Shown here piece after piece: positions 42,369-51,398 of a stretch of 64,000 nt of DNA. Source of the stretch: Omnitrophica WOR_2 bacterium GWF2_43_52 (GTDB lineage: Bacteria; Omnitrophota; Gorgyraeia; Gygaellales; UBA12090). A model generated the notes under the pieces. The model ran no database searches. It was not told the origin of the DNA and saw nothing but the letters and a program-made list of their open reading frames with translations. The DNA is taken from contig MHGF01000038.1 of the NCBI GenBank assembly GCA_001805445.1, forward strand, positions 4,912 to 68,911. The letters are read 5' to 3'. How positions within the stretch are numbered: the stretch's first letter is position 1; every line of letters begins with the position of its first letter. Made by a program: the position numbers and the translations under genes.

Positions 42369-43124
42369 TTATTTAGTTATTCCCCATCGTTTGCGCACTG
42401 AATTTTCTATTTTTTTAAAAATAATATTATCCACAACAATAGAAATTGAGGCAATTAAAAGCATGGTTGCCAGAACATAACTCATATCCTTCTGGCCTTT
42501 TGCCCGCATAAGAATATGCCCGACACCCAAACCTGAAACTAGAATTTCAGCAGTCACCAGCCCCCGCCAAGAAAATGCCCAGGCTAAGCGTATGCCCGTA
42601 ATAATCGAAGGCACTGCCGCCGGCAATACTACCTCCCTAAATAAGGTAAGCCCTTTTATCCCGCTTATTCGCGCCTGGTTAATCAACTGCGGCGATACAA
42701 ATTTTATCCCGCTTTCGGTATTTAAGGTAATCACGATCATCGCGCTTATCTGGACGATAAAAATAACCGCCCATTCGTTCTCGCCGAAAAATAATACCGC
42801 AAACGGCGTCCATGCCGCGTGGCCCATTGACTGCAGTCCTAACAGTATACCGCTTACTCCTTCATCAAGCCACTTCAAAAGCCCCATGGCTATTCCCAAT
42901 AAAATCCCTAACGCGACAGCAAGGCTGTAGCCGACGCTGATCCTCAAAAGGCTGGTCTTTAAAGAAACGGCATATTCTCCGGACACACATCCGTGCCAGA
43001 AACTCTCGGCAATCATAAGCAAGGAGGGAAAATTCTTTTCCGAAAAAAATCCCAGCCTAAATGTTGCTTCCCAGATTGCGATCAAAAGGAACCAAAACCC
43101 CGCTCTTCGTAAGAACGTATTCAA
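42369..43124 (-). CDS. ABC transporter permease, NitT/TauT family
   Basis: SLLRI..GY..A; VVLPAAVPSIITGIRLAWAFSWRGLVTAE. Confidence 0.9.
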   Translation of the reverse strand: MNTFLRRAGFWFLLIAIWEATFRLGFFSEKNFPSLLMIAESFWHGCVSGEYAVSLKTSLLRISVGYSLAVALGILLGIAMGLLKWLDEGVSGILLGLQSMGHAAWTPFAVLFFGENEWAVIFIVQISAMIVITLNTESGIKFVSPQLINQARISGIKGLTLFREVVLPAAVPSIITGIRLAWAFSWRGLVTAEILVSGLGVGHILMRAKGQKDMSYVLATMLLIASISIVVDNIIFKKIENSVRKRWGITK

Positions 43125-43899
43125 TATCCATCTCCTCTTTGGCTACCTTCTCAAATTCTTTCTCCAATACTATACTGATATTATCCTGCAGGAATCCAAG
43201 CTGCGGATCGGTCTCCCGCCGAGGATGAGGAAAATTTGCTCTATACTCGGCTAATACTCTCCCCGGGCGCGCTGAAAACACAAAAAGTTTATCCGCGAGG
43301 CACACTGCTTCTTCTATAGAACTGGTAACAAACAATACGGTCTTGCGCGTTTCTTTAAGTATCTGCTGTATTTCATAATGCAGCATAAAGCGGGTTTGGT
43401 CATCAACGCGGCTAAACGGCTCATCCATCAAAAGTATTTTAGGGTCCATTGCCAATGCCCGGGCAATGGCCACCCGCTGCTTCATTCCTGCCGATAACTC
43501 ATGAGGAAAGGCATTGATGAATTTTCCCAAGTGCACTTTTTTTAAGAAACTTATAGCAATGTCTTGCTTTTCCTTTTTTTTTATGGATTTAGCTTTAAGC
43601 GAAAAAATGGCATTTTCTAATACCGTCATCCATGGGAAAAGCGTCGGTTCCTGAAAAATAATCACCCTGTCCGATGAAGGCTCATACACGCATGAATCGT
43701 TGACGCACACAGTCCCCTTGTCAGGCTTGATCAGGCCCGCGATGATATTGAGGATTGTGGATTTCCCGCAGCCGGACGGCCCCACCACGCAGGCAAATTC
43801 CCCTTCTTTAACCTCAAAACTGACATCCTCTATGACGGGGATTTTACCGACGTCTTTTCGCCAGAATGAAATGCTTAAGTTTTCTACTTTTAGGCCCAT
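43057..43899 (-). CDS. ABC transporter ATP-binding protein, NitT/TauT family
   Basis: GPSGCGKST, LFPWMTV, LSAGMKQRVAIARAL, LLMDEPF; H-loop reads VTSS. Confidence 0.9.
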   Translation of the reverse strand: MGLKVENLSISFWRKDVGKIPVIEDVSFEVKEGEFACVVGPSGCGKSTILNIIAGLIKPDKGTVCVNDSCVYEPSSDRVIIFQEPTLFPWMTVLENAIFSLKAKSIKKKEKQDIAISFLKKVHLGKFINAFPHELSAGMKQRVAIARALAMDPKILLMDEPFSRVDDQTRFMLHYEIQQILKETRKTVLFVTSSIEEAVCLADKLFVFSARPGRVLAEYRANFPHPRRETDPQLGFLQDNISIVLEKEFEKVAKEEMDIEYVLTKSGVLVPFDRNLGSNI

Positions 43900-43907
43900 T
43901 GTAAAAG

Positions 43908-44002
43908 AACACAAATTTACACGAATGACACACGAATCATCACGAATAATTTTATTGTTTTATTCGTGATGATTCGTGTGTCATTCGTGTCCATTCGTGT
44001 GT
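43908..44002. repeat. Inverted array of about 10-bp CACGAAT units
   Basis: acacgaatgacacacgaatcatcacgaata / tattcgtgatgattcgtgtgtcattcgtgt. Confidence 0.85.
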
Positions 44003-44025
44003 AAAATTGGCATCTTCCAAGTTAC

Positions 44026-44760
44026 CTACGTAAGCTGAAGCGCGTCATCCGAACGCACTTTCTTAAGCGGCCGGGTATGAATACCGCACTCACCGCCGCA
44101 CTTGCTGGTGCCAATCCAGCGGCCAGCGCGCTCGTTATCTTCGCTGGTAATCTTGGTGCAGGGCGCGCAGCCTAAAGAACGGTACCCTTCGGCATATAAA
44201 GAATTAACCTTAACTTGATATATCGCTAAATACTGCCAGACCTCTCTTTCTTTCCAGATAAGGATAGGATTAAGTTTCACCAATCCCTTGTCCCGCTCCT
44301 CAACCTCTTTATAATCAGTGCGAGTCCTGCCTTCGGTGCAGCGCAGCCCGGTAACCCAGCATTTGACTTTCATCTCTTCAATTGCCCGGCTGACCGGCTC
44401 AACTTTTAAAAGGTCGCAGCATTTATCAGGGTCAGTTTCATAAAGCTTATCCGCTATCTTCACATCGTTTTTAAAGATTTTAAGCTCAGGATATTTTGCT
44501 ACTTCCTCATTCATAAACTGAATAGTCTCTGCCGGTTTAAAGCGGGTAGTAACAATAAACCCGCGGATTTTCGGGCTTACCTTTTTTGCCAAATCCCAGA
44601 CCACGACTGAATCTTTACCCAAACTGTTTGCCACCACCAACCCGTCGCCGTATTTCTGATACGCCTCTTTTATCAGCTGAAGCGACCTGTCCACCTTTTC
44701 CTTAAAATTCAGCTTTTCCACCAATTCTTTCAAATCGTCTTTATTGTTCAACAGAGTCAT
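44026..44760 (-). CDS. cysH: APS/PAPS reductase ([4Fe-4S] APS-reductase type)
   Basis: SLGKDS, KCCDLLKVEP, SLGCAPCT, ERAGRW, ECGIH. Confidence 0.9.
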   Translation of the reverse strand: MTLLNNKDDLKELVEKLNFKEKVDRSLQLIKEAYQKYGDGLVVANSLGKDSVVVWDLAKKVSPKIRGFIVTTRFKPAETIQFMNEEVAKYPELKIFKNDVKIADKLYETDPDKCCDLLKVEPVSRAIEEMKVKCWVTGLRCTEGRTRTDYKEVEERDKGLVKLNPILIWKEREVWQYLAIYQVKVNSLYAEGYRSLGCAPCTKITSEDNERAGRWIGTSKCGGECGIHTRPLKKVRSDDALQLT

Positions 44761-44908
44761 TTCTCCTTCTCCTTAAAGAGCACGTAACTTATGGAACGAA
44801 GTGAACATAAGTTACTGTGCGAATTAATCCCGCCGAGTGGAGCAAAATTATCAAAGAGAATTCTGCTCCATCCTACCTGCCTACCAGCAAGCAGGCGAGA
44901 CGTGAAGC

Positions 44909-45349
44909 TCAAATAGAATATACTGCTTCCTTTTTCCCCGCCTTAGCCTGAACGGCTAAGTCCTCAAATGTCACCTTATCCACTATATTGGAAGTGGCCA
45001 TAGCCACCTCTTTACAGACATTCCTTAAAACGCAAAGCCCCATGCTTTTACAGCCGGAATACCTCTCCTCAACACAGGCAATCGGCTCAATCGGCCCGTC
45101 AATGAACCTGACGACCTCTCCCATCTTTATATTTTTAGGATGCCGGGATAAAAGATACCCACCGTTTATACCACGCTTACTCTCAACAAACCTTCCTTTC
45201 TTCAAATCCAGAAGCACCTGCTCTAAAAACTTCACCGGCGCATCCGCCCTTTCGGCAAGCTCGTGAATAGTCACCACTCCCTGGTTATAATGTAAGGCTA
45301 GGTCCAAGACCGCCCTTAAAGCGTAATCCCCTCTATAAGTTATTCTCAT
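44909..45349 (-). CDS. Rrf2-family regulator (CymR/IscR-like)
   Basis: RGDYALRAVLDLA, FLEQVL, SKRGINGGYLL; three Cys near the C-terminus plus a fourth. Confidence 0.9.
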   Translation of the reverse strand: MRITYRGDYALRAVLDLALHYNQGVVTIHELAERADAPVKFLEQVLLDLKKGRFVESKRGINGGYLLSRHPKNIKMGEVVRFIDGPIEPIACVEERYSGCKSMGLCVLRNVCKEVAMATSNIVDKVTFEDLAVQAKAGKKEAVYSI

Positions 45350-45350
45350 A

Positions 45351-45404
45351 TACTATAATCCCCATTGATATAGTAGAGTATACGAAAAATTCTTATTTTG
45401 TCAA
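45351..45404 (-). promoter_or_regulatory. Sigma70 promoter plus putative Rrf2 operator
   Basis: Minus strand TTGACA-N16-TATACT; inverted repeat TACTATA-N11-TATAGTA at 45351-45375. Confidence 0.6.
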
Positions 45405-45454
45405 TATGTTTTTTAATACTAAATCATAACTGATTTATTATTAGTATGTTACGA

Positions 45455-47095
45455 TTAATTTCTTTTTCTGTTTTTCTCCGAAACCCAGAATACCATATAT
45501 TTTCCTAACATAAGGCGTGTTTGGGCATCTAAGGCAGGAATAGCGCTTAAGAAAACGCTGATTAAAGGAATGAGTACCCATTCCGCGGCGAGTTTGAGTT
45601 TTTTTAGTGAAAAAAAACGCATCTTTTGTTTAGGCAGCAGCAAGACACTCAAAAATACACAATTCAACAGCACAATAGAAGCTAGACTGAAAATAGTGCC
45701 CCTGATACGCGCGGTACTAAAATAAACAATGGAGTTGACAAACTCCCGCTCCGCAAACAGCGCGGGCATCCACCCAATAATGCTAAGGATAAACGGCCAG
45801 GTTGCCCATGAGATATGGCCTTCTAACAACTTAAACGCGTGCTTTAGCCTCTTATATAAAGAAATATTTTCCGCCTTCAGAAACGCCCGCATGACAATAG
45901 GAAAATTTTCTACCCCCCATGCCCAGCGCCGCTTCTGCTTGTACACATTCCGGAATGTTTCCCATCGCGTCCTTCCCACCGTGATATCCATAGAGACGGT
46001 TGTATAAATGGGGACAACACGGTAGTCTCCGTCAAAATGGATAAGCGCTTTCCAGAAAACAGCCGAATCATCAGAGATAATATCCACAGGCCAATACCCT
46101 ATGTCGACTAAAGCCTTAAAACTCATACTATGGCTTGAAAAGGTAACTAATTTCTCAGGATTAGTTGCCTCGATTAACTGAAAAAAAGACGAGCCTATAT
46201 CAAGCATTCTCGCGAAACTCGGGGCTTCCCAGATATTATTATGATATACCGGTATAGGCTGAAAGCTTGCCCGTGTCCTCTGCGGCGTAACCAGATAGTA
46301 ATACGTCAGGCAGTTAAAATACTCCGTATTAACCACAGTATCAGCGTCGAAACAGGAAACAATTACATTTTCATAAGGAATATGTTTGTCGTTAAGGTAT
46401 TCGGCTGCCTTTTGAGCCGCGTAGGTTACGTTAGCGCCTTTTACCCGCGCCTCAGCCGGTAAATCCGCAGGGTGTGCCACAACTAATAAGTCATAAAAAT
46501 CGCTTTTGTATTTTTTATGCATATCCCGGATATCCGCCTTAATATGTTCCTGCGCCCTTTCTTCTAACGCGAAAACCACCAGTATACGCTTACTGGGAAA
46601 ACTTCCTGATATGAGGCTTCTAAGGCCTGGCTCTACAACCTCCCTGCTTTCTTTTATAACAGGAATAATCACTAAATGGTATATATTCTCCCACGGAGGA
46701 ACCGCGTTATCATTTTTTAGGGCAGCAACTTCTTTTTGATGGATAAAAAGGGAAATTCTTTCCTGCAGGCTTAATGCCGCATCGTTCCCCCTATATCTTC
46801 CTTTGTAATCTTTACTATTACCCAGGGCCTCAATACGCTCTATCCAATGTGTCTTTTCTTCGATTGCAAGCCTCATATACGAAAGAATGAGGAAAATATT
46901 CAAATAGAAAAGGCGTAAGATCCAATATAAGTCGAAAGCGATAATCACGATAGCGGTAATAAGGGGCTTAAAAAATGAAAGCATACACAAAGCAAGCAAA
47001 ATTACCCAGCTTAACGCCCCCGGGATAATTTCAAATAAACGCTGTAAAAGCTTTTCTTTTCCTTTTAGGCCTCGACTCGTGTATTGGAATTTCAT
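45455..47095 (-). CDS. Membrane GT2-family glycosyltransferase
   Basis: KGAN, FDADT, ISDD and QKRRWAWG processive motifs; flanking TM helices. Confidence 0.85.
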   Translation of the reverse strand: MKFQYTSRGLKGKEKLLQRLFEIIPGALSWVILLALCMLSFFKPLITAIVIIAFDLYWILRLFYLNIFLILSYMRLAIEEKTHWIERIEALGNSKDYKGRYRGNDAALSLQERISLFIHQKEVAALKNDNAVPPWENIYHLVIIPVIKESREVVEPGLRSLISGSFPSKRILVVFALEERAQEHIKADIRDMHKKYKSDFYDLLVVAHPADLPAEARVKGANVTYAAQKAAEYLNDKHIPYENVIVSCFDADTVVNTEYFNCLTYYYLVTPQRTRASFQPIPVYHNNIWEAPSFARMLDIGSSFFQLIEATNPEKLVTFSSHSMSFKALVDIGYWPVDIISDDSAVFWKALIHFDGDYRVVPIYTTVSMDITVGRTRWETFRNVYKQKRRWAWGVENFPIVMRAFLKAENISLYKRLKHAFKLLEGHISWATWPFILSIIGWMPALFAEREFVNSIVYFSTARIRGTIFSLASIVLLNCVFLSVLLLPKQKMRFFSLKKLKLAAEWVLIPLISVFLSAIPALDAQTRLMLGKYMVFWVSEKNRKRN

Positions 47096-47097
47096 AG

Positions 47098-48555
47098 TTA
47101 TTCTTTTGATTCGGTATCTTGCGTTACTCTTTGGGGCAAAAGCAGAAGGCTGAGATGGCTTTTGGGAATAATTTCAAGGCTCATAAGCCTTCCCGCGCGA
47201 GGTTCCAAATAATAAAGCATTCCCGCGTCTTCCGCGTACCAAATTGAAGCGTCCTTCTTTGCTTGAGTAATAAGGGTGCATAAGACTTCTCCATCCCCTT
47301 GTGCTTCAAGTAAATAGACGCCTGCCTTATCCTGGAATATAAGGTAGGAACCTCTGAGGGCCCAAAAGCAGGCAGAAATATCTTCTGCGTTTGCATATAT
47401 CCAGCGCATCTGAGGTTTTTTTTCTAAGAGGCCGCTTTCTTGCCCCACGCCTGAAAAATCCAAAACCCCAATCTTATCTTTTTTCCAAAACAACAGTTTC
47501 TTAGACCCCTTATCAAACTCAACGCCTAAAATCCCTTTATCAGCAAAAACATACGAAAGATAGCTGATAAAAAACTCGCCCCTCTGAGAACGAAACACAA
47601 AAATATTCTTTTCAAAGGCTTTGATCTTAAGAAAATTCCGTGTGGCAAAAAGAGGGTTTTTGGATAACGCCTCATCTATCGCTATTTCTTCGCCATTGGT
47701 TTTATCATAGTTTAATCTTTGCAAGGTATTATCATTGGTGAGAATATACAAATGCTTACTGCTTATACCAAATCCGCGCAGGCCTTCAAGGTACTTAGGA
47801 AACACTGCCTCGGCTATAGCATCCATACGGGTAAGATAACCTTTTTCGAAGGAAAAGAGAAAACGCATGTCATTTGGGGGCGCGTCTACATACAGCGGCT
47901 CTTCAAGAAAAAGAGAGCTCATATCTTTTAGTTTTGGCATTCTTTCTTTAAGTTCAATCCAGGCATATCTTTTCTTACCTTCTCCTTCAAGGCAGAAAAG
48001 AAGGCCGGGGGCGCCTCGTATGGTAAAACGCTCTAACACCTTCGCGTTACCCCAAGAACCATCCTCAGCCATAAGCGGCCATAATCTTTCTTCTTTACGG
48101 TCATACACATAATAATCTTTCAACTTATGGCTCATTGCTAAAAGCACATACGATGTCTCTGGCAGGGGAATCATTTCTTTAAAGCTCCGCGCGGAAATTT
48201 CCCTTGTTTTCCAATGCCAAGGGATAAGTATACTATTTTCAAAGAGCAGGGTTTTTCCTGCTGCGATAGATACCTCTTTACTCCAAGGCTGGTACTCTTT
48301 ATGCAGCAGTTTGATAGAATACTTTCCCGGGATAAGCCCGCTAATAACGGCAGGAGTTTTATCCTTATAGCGGCTCTTTCCTATATATATTGTCGCGTGC
48401 GGGGGTATCGTCGCGAGAGAAAGAAGCCCCGTTTGAATAATTTTCAGGTTTTTGGGATTAAAGATATAGCCAAAGGCATATAACACAAGGAATGGGCATA
48501 CGGTAAGGTAAATAATGAGGAAACAATAAAAAAAAACTTTGCGTAGTATTTGCAT
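47098..48555 (-). CDS. Membrane-anchored PEGA-domain protein with a beta-propeller-like C-terminus
   Basis: TM helix, then TGLLSLATIPPHATIYI..TP..ISGLIPGKYSIKL..YQPWSK. Confidence 0.75.
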   Translation of the reverse strand: MQILRKVFFYCFLIIYLTVCPFLVLYAFGYIFNPKNLKIIQTGLLSLATIPPHATIYIGKSRYKDKTPAVISGLIPGKYSIKLLHKEYQPWSKEVSIAAGKTLLFENSILIPWHWKTREISARSFKEMIPLPETSYVLLAMSHKLKDYYVYDRKEERLWPLMAEDGSWGNAKVLERFTIRGAPGLLFCLEGEGKKRYAWIELKERMPKLKDMSSLFLEEPLYVDAPPNDMRFLFSFEKGYLTRMDAIAEAVFPKYLEGLRGFGISSKHLYILTNDNTLQRLNYDKTNGEEIAIDEALSKNPLFATRNFLKIKAFEKNIFVFRSQRGEFFISYLSYVFADKGILGVEFDKGSKKLLFWKKDKIGVLDFSGVGQESGLLEKKPQMRWIYANAEDISACFWALRGSYLIFQDKAGVYLLEAQGDGEVLCTLITQAKKDASIWYAEDAGMLYYLEPRAGRLMSLEIIPKSHLSLLLLPQRVTQDTESKE

Positions 48556-48688
48556 ACATTGATGGCTAACTTAAAGAAAATGGTTCCTTTAACAAAAGGC
48601 TATTTTTGTTCTTTATTATAATACATTGTTCATACTTCTTCAAGAGAAGAGAAGCGAACTATTTTCCATGCTGTCAAAGCGTAAAGGA

Positions 48689-48724
48689 AAAAGGCATTCT
48701 TCATTTGAAAAAGAATGCCTTTTT
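48689..48724. terminator. Rho-independent terminator after the SOR gene
   Basis: aaaaaggcattct / agaatgccttttt hairpin. Confidence 0.65.
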
Positions 48725-48748
48725 CTTTCTTGAGCCAATGCGGATAAC

Positions 48749-49144
48749 CTACGCTATTTCAATATCCTTAGAGCTCTGCCACAACCCGTGGATGTTACAA
48801 TAGGAAGACGCAAAAAGGGTGCCTGCTTTATCAGACTTAAACTTCAGCACAACCTCAGGATGGGTAAAAATGGTGCTGGAATCTGCCCCTTGCGCTGATT
48901 CGCCATGAGCAACGAACTCTGAGCGCCCTAATTGATACGGGAATTTCTCGCCTTTGCCAAGAAAATATACCTCTATCCAGCGGATGTGGTGGGCAGTGGT
49001 ATTAGGATGCGCTATTTCTTTACCCACGCTTATCGTAACCGAAACCCACTCGCCTTTCGTTGCCTTGGCCGCCGCGTCAATAACTGGAACGTGCTTTTCC
49101 TTCTTCCAATCCGCGCTCTGGTATAACTCTTTTAATTCTGCCAT
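48749..49144 (-). CDS. sor: Superoxide reductase (neelaredoxin type)
   Basis: EKHVP, HP....HHI.WI, YCNIHGLW. Confidence 0.9.
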   Translation of the reverse strand: MAELKELYQSADWKKEKHVPVIDAAAKATKGEWVSVTISVGKEIAHPNTTAHHIRWIEVYFLGKGEKFPYQLGRSEFVAHGESAQGADSSTIFTHPEVVLKFKSDKAGTLFASSYCNIHGLWQSSKDIEIA

Positions 49145-49190
49145 ATAATCCTCCCCTTGTATAATAGGCATGAGTAGCTACGTTAAATAC

Positions 49191-49366
49191 GGGAATCAGG
49201 TGATCAGGAGATCAAGATTTGGGAATCAGGATATCGGAATATCAGAAACAAAAAATCGGTTTTTCCTTGATCTCCTGATTTCTTGATATCCTCCCGCCCA
49301 AGGCGGGATCCCGCCTCATCAAAGACTATAGCGGGAAAATCCCAATCCCCTAATATCCTGATATCC
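49191..49366. repeat. Inverted array of ATCAGG-type units with an internal hairpin
   Basis: gaatcaggtgatcaggagatcaag... / ...cttgatctcctgatttcttgatatc...cctgatatcc. Confidence 0.75.
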
Positions 49367-49389
49367 GTTTTTAACACGTCACTATCTTC

Positions 49390-50004
49390 CTATTTTAATT
49401 TATCTCCCACCTTACCCACTAAATCCTTTCCTGGGGTAAGAGTTTTCTTACCCGGTTCCCATTTTGCCGGACACACATGTACCGGATTTTCCCGGACATG
49501 TTTAAAAGCCTTGAGCTTCCGCAAGAGTTCATCCGAATTCCTCCCCACGGGGAAAAAATTCACCTCTGATGCCATAAGCTTTCCGTCAGGATCAATAATA
49601 AACGTCCCCCTCAAATCCAAACCGCTTGTTTCATCATACACCCCAAAAGCCCTCGAGACATTGTGCGTAGGGTCTGCTGCCATGGGATATTTAATATCCG
49701 AAAGCAGTTTTTCCGCAGCATGCCAGGCATAATGCACATAATGGGTATCAGTACTCACTGACACGAGTTCAGCCCCTTCTTTCTTTAAGAGTTCATATTT
49801 TTCGCCCATATCCGCCAACTCCGTAGGGCAGACAAAGGTATAATCTGCCGGATAGAAAAACAGAATCAGCCAATTGCCTTTCTTGGCAATATCTGAAAAT
49901 TTCACCTTGCCAAAATCTTTTTTATCAGGTAAATATACATCCATCTCAAAATCCGGAATCTTATGTCCTATGCTTAATACTTTTAATTGCTGTTCTTCCA
50001 TCAT
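49390..50004 (-). CDS. ahpC: Peroxiredoxin AhpC
   Basis: FFYPADYTFVCPTE, RGTFIIDP, VCPAKW. Confidence 0.95.
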   Translation of the reverse strand: MMEEQQLKVLSIGHKIPDFEMDVYLPDKKDFGKVKFSDIAKKGNWLILFFYPADYTFVCPTELADMGEKYELLKKEGAELVSVSTDTHYVHYAWHAAEKLLSDIKYPMAADPTHNVSRAFGVYDETSGLDLRGTFIIDPDGKLMASEVNFFPVGRNSDELLRKLKAFKHVRENPVHVCPAKWEPGKKTLTPGKDLVGKVGDKLK

Positions 50005-50024
50005 CATCCTCCCTAGTATAAAAA

Positions 50025-50531
50025 TCAGGTTAATTGCTTTATCATCTCTCTGCAAAATGCCGGAAGATCATACGGGGTGCGCGAGGTAATTAAATTACCA
50101 TCCACTACCACCTCTTTATCCAGAAACTGCGCTCCCGCGTTTACCACGTCATCCTTGATTGCCGAAAAACTGGTCGCCTTCTTGCCTTTGAGTATTCCCG
50201 AGGATACTAAGACCCATCCTCCATGACAAATAGAGGCAACTACTTTGCCTTGAGCATATAAATCCTTGACGAAATTATTCACCTCCTTATACCTGCGTAA
50301 AATATCCGGAGCATATCCTCCAGGGATAACCACGCCGTCAAAATTTTGCGCCCGGGCGTCTTTTATAGAAAGCTCCTCAGGCGCGGGGTATCCTTCCTTG
50401 CTTTTGTATTCTTTCTTTTGCCCTGTTCCAACGAATACAGCCGTAATGCCTTCTTCTATCAGGCGAAAGTAGGGGTACCAAACTTCTAATACTTGGTACT
50501 GATCCTCAACCAGTATGGCTATTTTTTTCAT
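50025..50531 (-). CDS. PfpI/DJ-1-family protein
   Basis: LEVWYP, IPGGYAPD, SICHG, ITSRTP. Confidence 0.9.
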   Translation of the reverse strand: MKKIAILVEDQYQVLEVWYPYFRLIEEGITAVFVGTGQKKEYKSKEGYPAPEELSIKDARAQNFDGVVIPGGYAPDILRRYKEVNNFVKDLYAQGKVVASICHGGWVLVSSGILKGKKATSFSAIKDDVVNAGAQFLDKEVVVDGNLITSRTPYDLPAFCREMIKQLT

Positions 50532-50532
50532 C

Positions 50533-51384
50533 TTATACCCCTAACTCATCAATGATGCGCGCCATAATAAAATCATTTTCGGTAAGGCCGCCGGCGCTAT
50601 GCGTCGTAAGAGTAACTTTTAATTTATTGTAATTTATAGTCATTACAGGATGATGCCCCTGCTCTTCAGCAATGATAGAAATCAAGTCCAGAAAATATTT
50701 TGCCTCCACAAAATCCTTATACTTAAATTCTTTAGTGATTTTTTTATCTTCTACCAATTGCCAGCCCCGATAACGCGCAAGCAACCTTTCAATTTCCTCC
50801 TTAGGAAGCGCCGGAACTGCTCCTTCGCAGGCCTTACAATGCGCGGGAAGCTCTTCTTTTTTGCCATACTCTGGATTCTTGATTACCCCTTCTAAGCTCC
50901 TGAGGACGGCCTCATAATCCGGGGAAGCAGTTACTTCTTCCACTATCTGAATATAGCGTATCACATCGTTTTTATCTATGACAATCACAGCGCGGGCTAA
51001 AAGATTAAGCTCTTTTATCAACACCCCGTAATTTATGCCAAAAGACGAAGCCTTATAATCAGAGAACAGGGTAATATTTTTTATATCGTAACTCGCGCAA
51101 AACCTCTTTTGGGCAAACGGCAAATCCTTGCTTATGCCTACAATAACACTATCAGGGCTAAGCCCTGAAGCTCTTCTATTAAACTCCTTTACCTGCATAT
51201 CACACACAGGAGTATCTATTGAGGGGAAAGAAGTGATTACCTTTACTTTCCCCTTCAGATCAAAAAGGCTTATTTCTTTTAAGTCGCCGTTTACTACTTT
51301 AAAATTGGCAGCGGCATTGCCAACCGAAATCGCCCTTCCCACAAGGGTTAAGGGATTTCCTTTAAAGGTTACTTTTCTCATCAC
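50533..51384 (-). CDS. tpx: Thiol peroxidase fused to pterin-4a-carbinolamine dehydratase
   Basis: PSIDTPVC, ISKDLPFAQKRFC; C-terminal CKACEG...AEEQGHHP...TTHSAGGLTENDF. Confidence 0.85.
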   Translation of the reverse strand: MMRKVTFKGNPLTLVGRAISVGNAAANFKVVNGDLKEISLFDLKGKVKVITSFPSIDTPVCDMQVKEFNRRASGLSPDSVIVGISKDLPFAQKRFCASYDIKNITLFSDYKASSFGINYGVLIKELNLLARAVIVIDKNDVIRYIQIVEEVTASPDYEAVLRSLEGVIKNPEYGKKEELPAHCKACEGAVPALPKEEIERLLARYRGWQLVEDKKITKEFKYKDFVEAKYFLDLISIIAEEQGHHPVMTINYNKLKVTLTTHSAGGLTENDFIMARIIDELGV

Positions 51385-51398
51385 CGCGGCTCCCTTCC

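Noticed and set aside
43908-44002. CRISPR-like appearance of the short repeat arrays here and at 49191-49366
   Set aside because: Units are 7-10 bp, inverted, without unique spacers, and no cas genes are present
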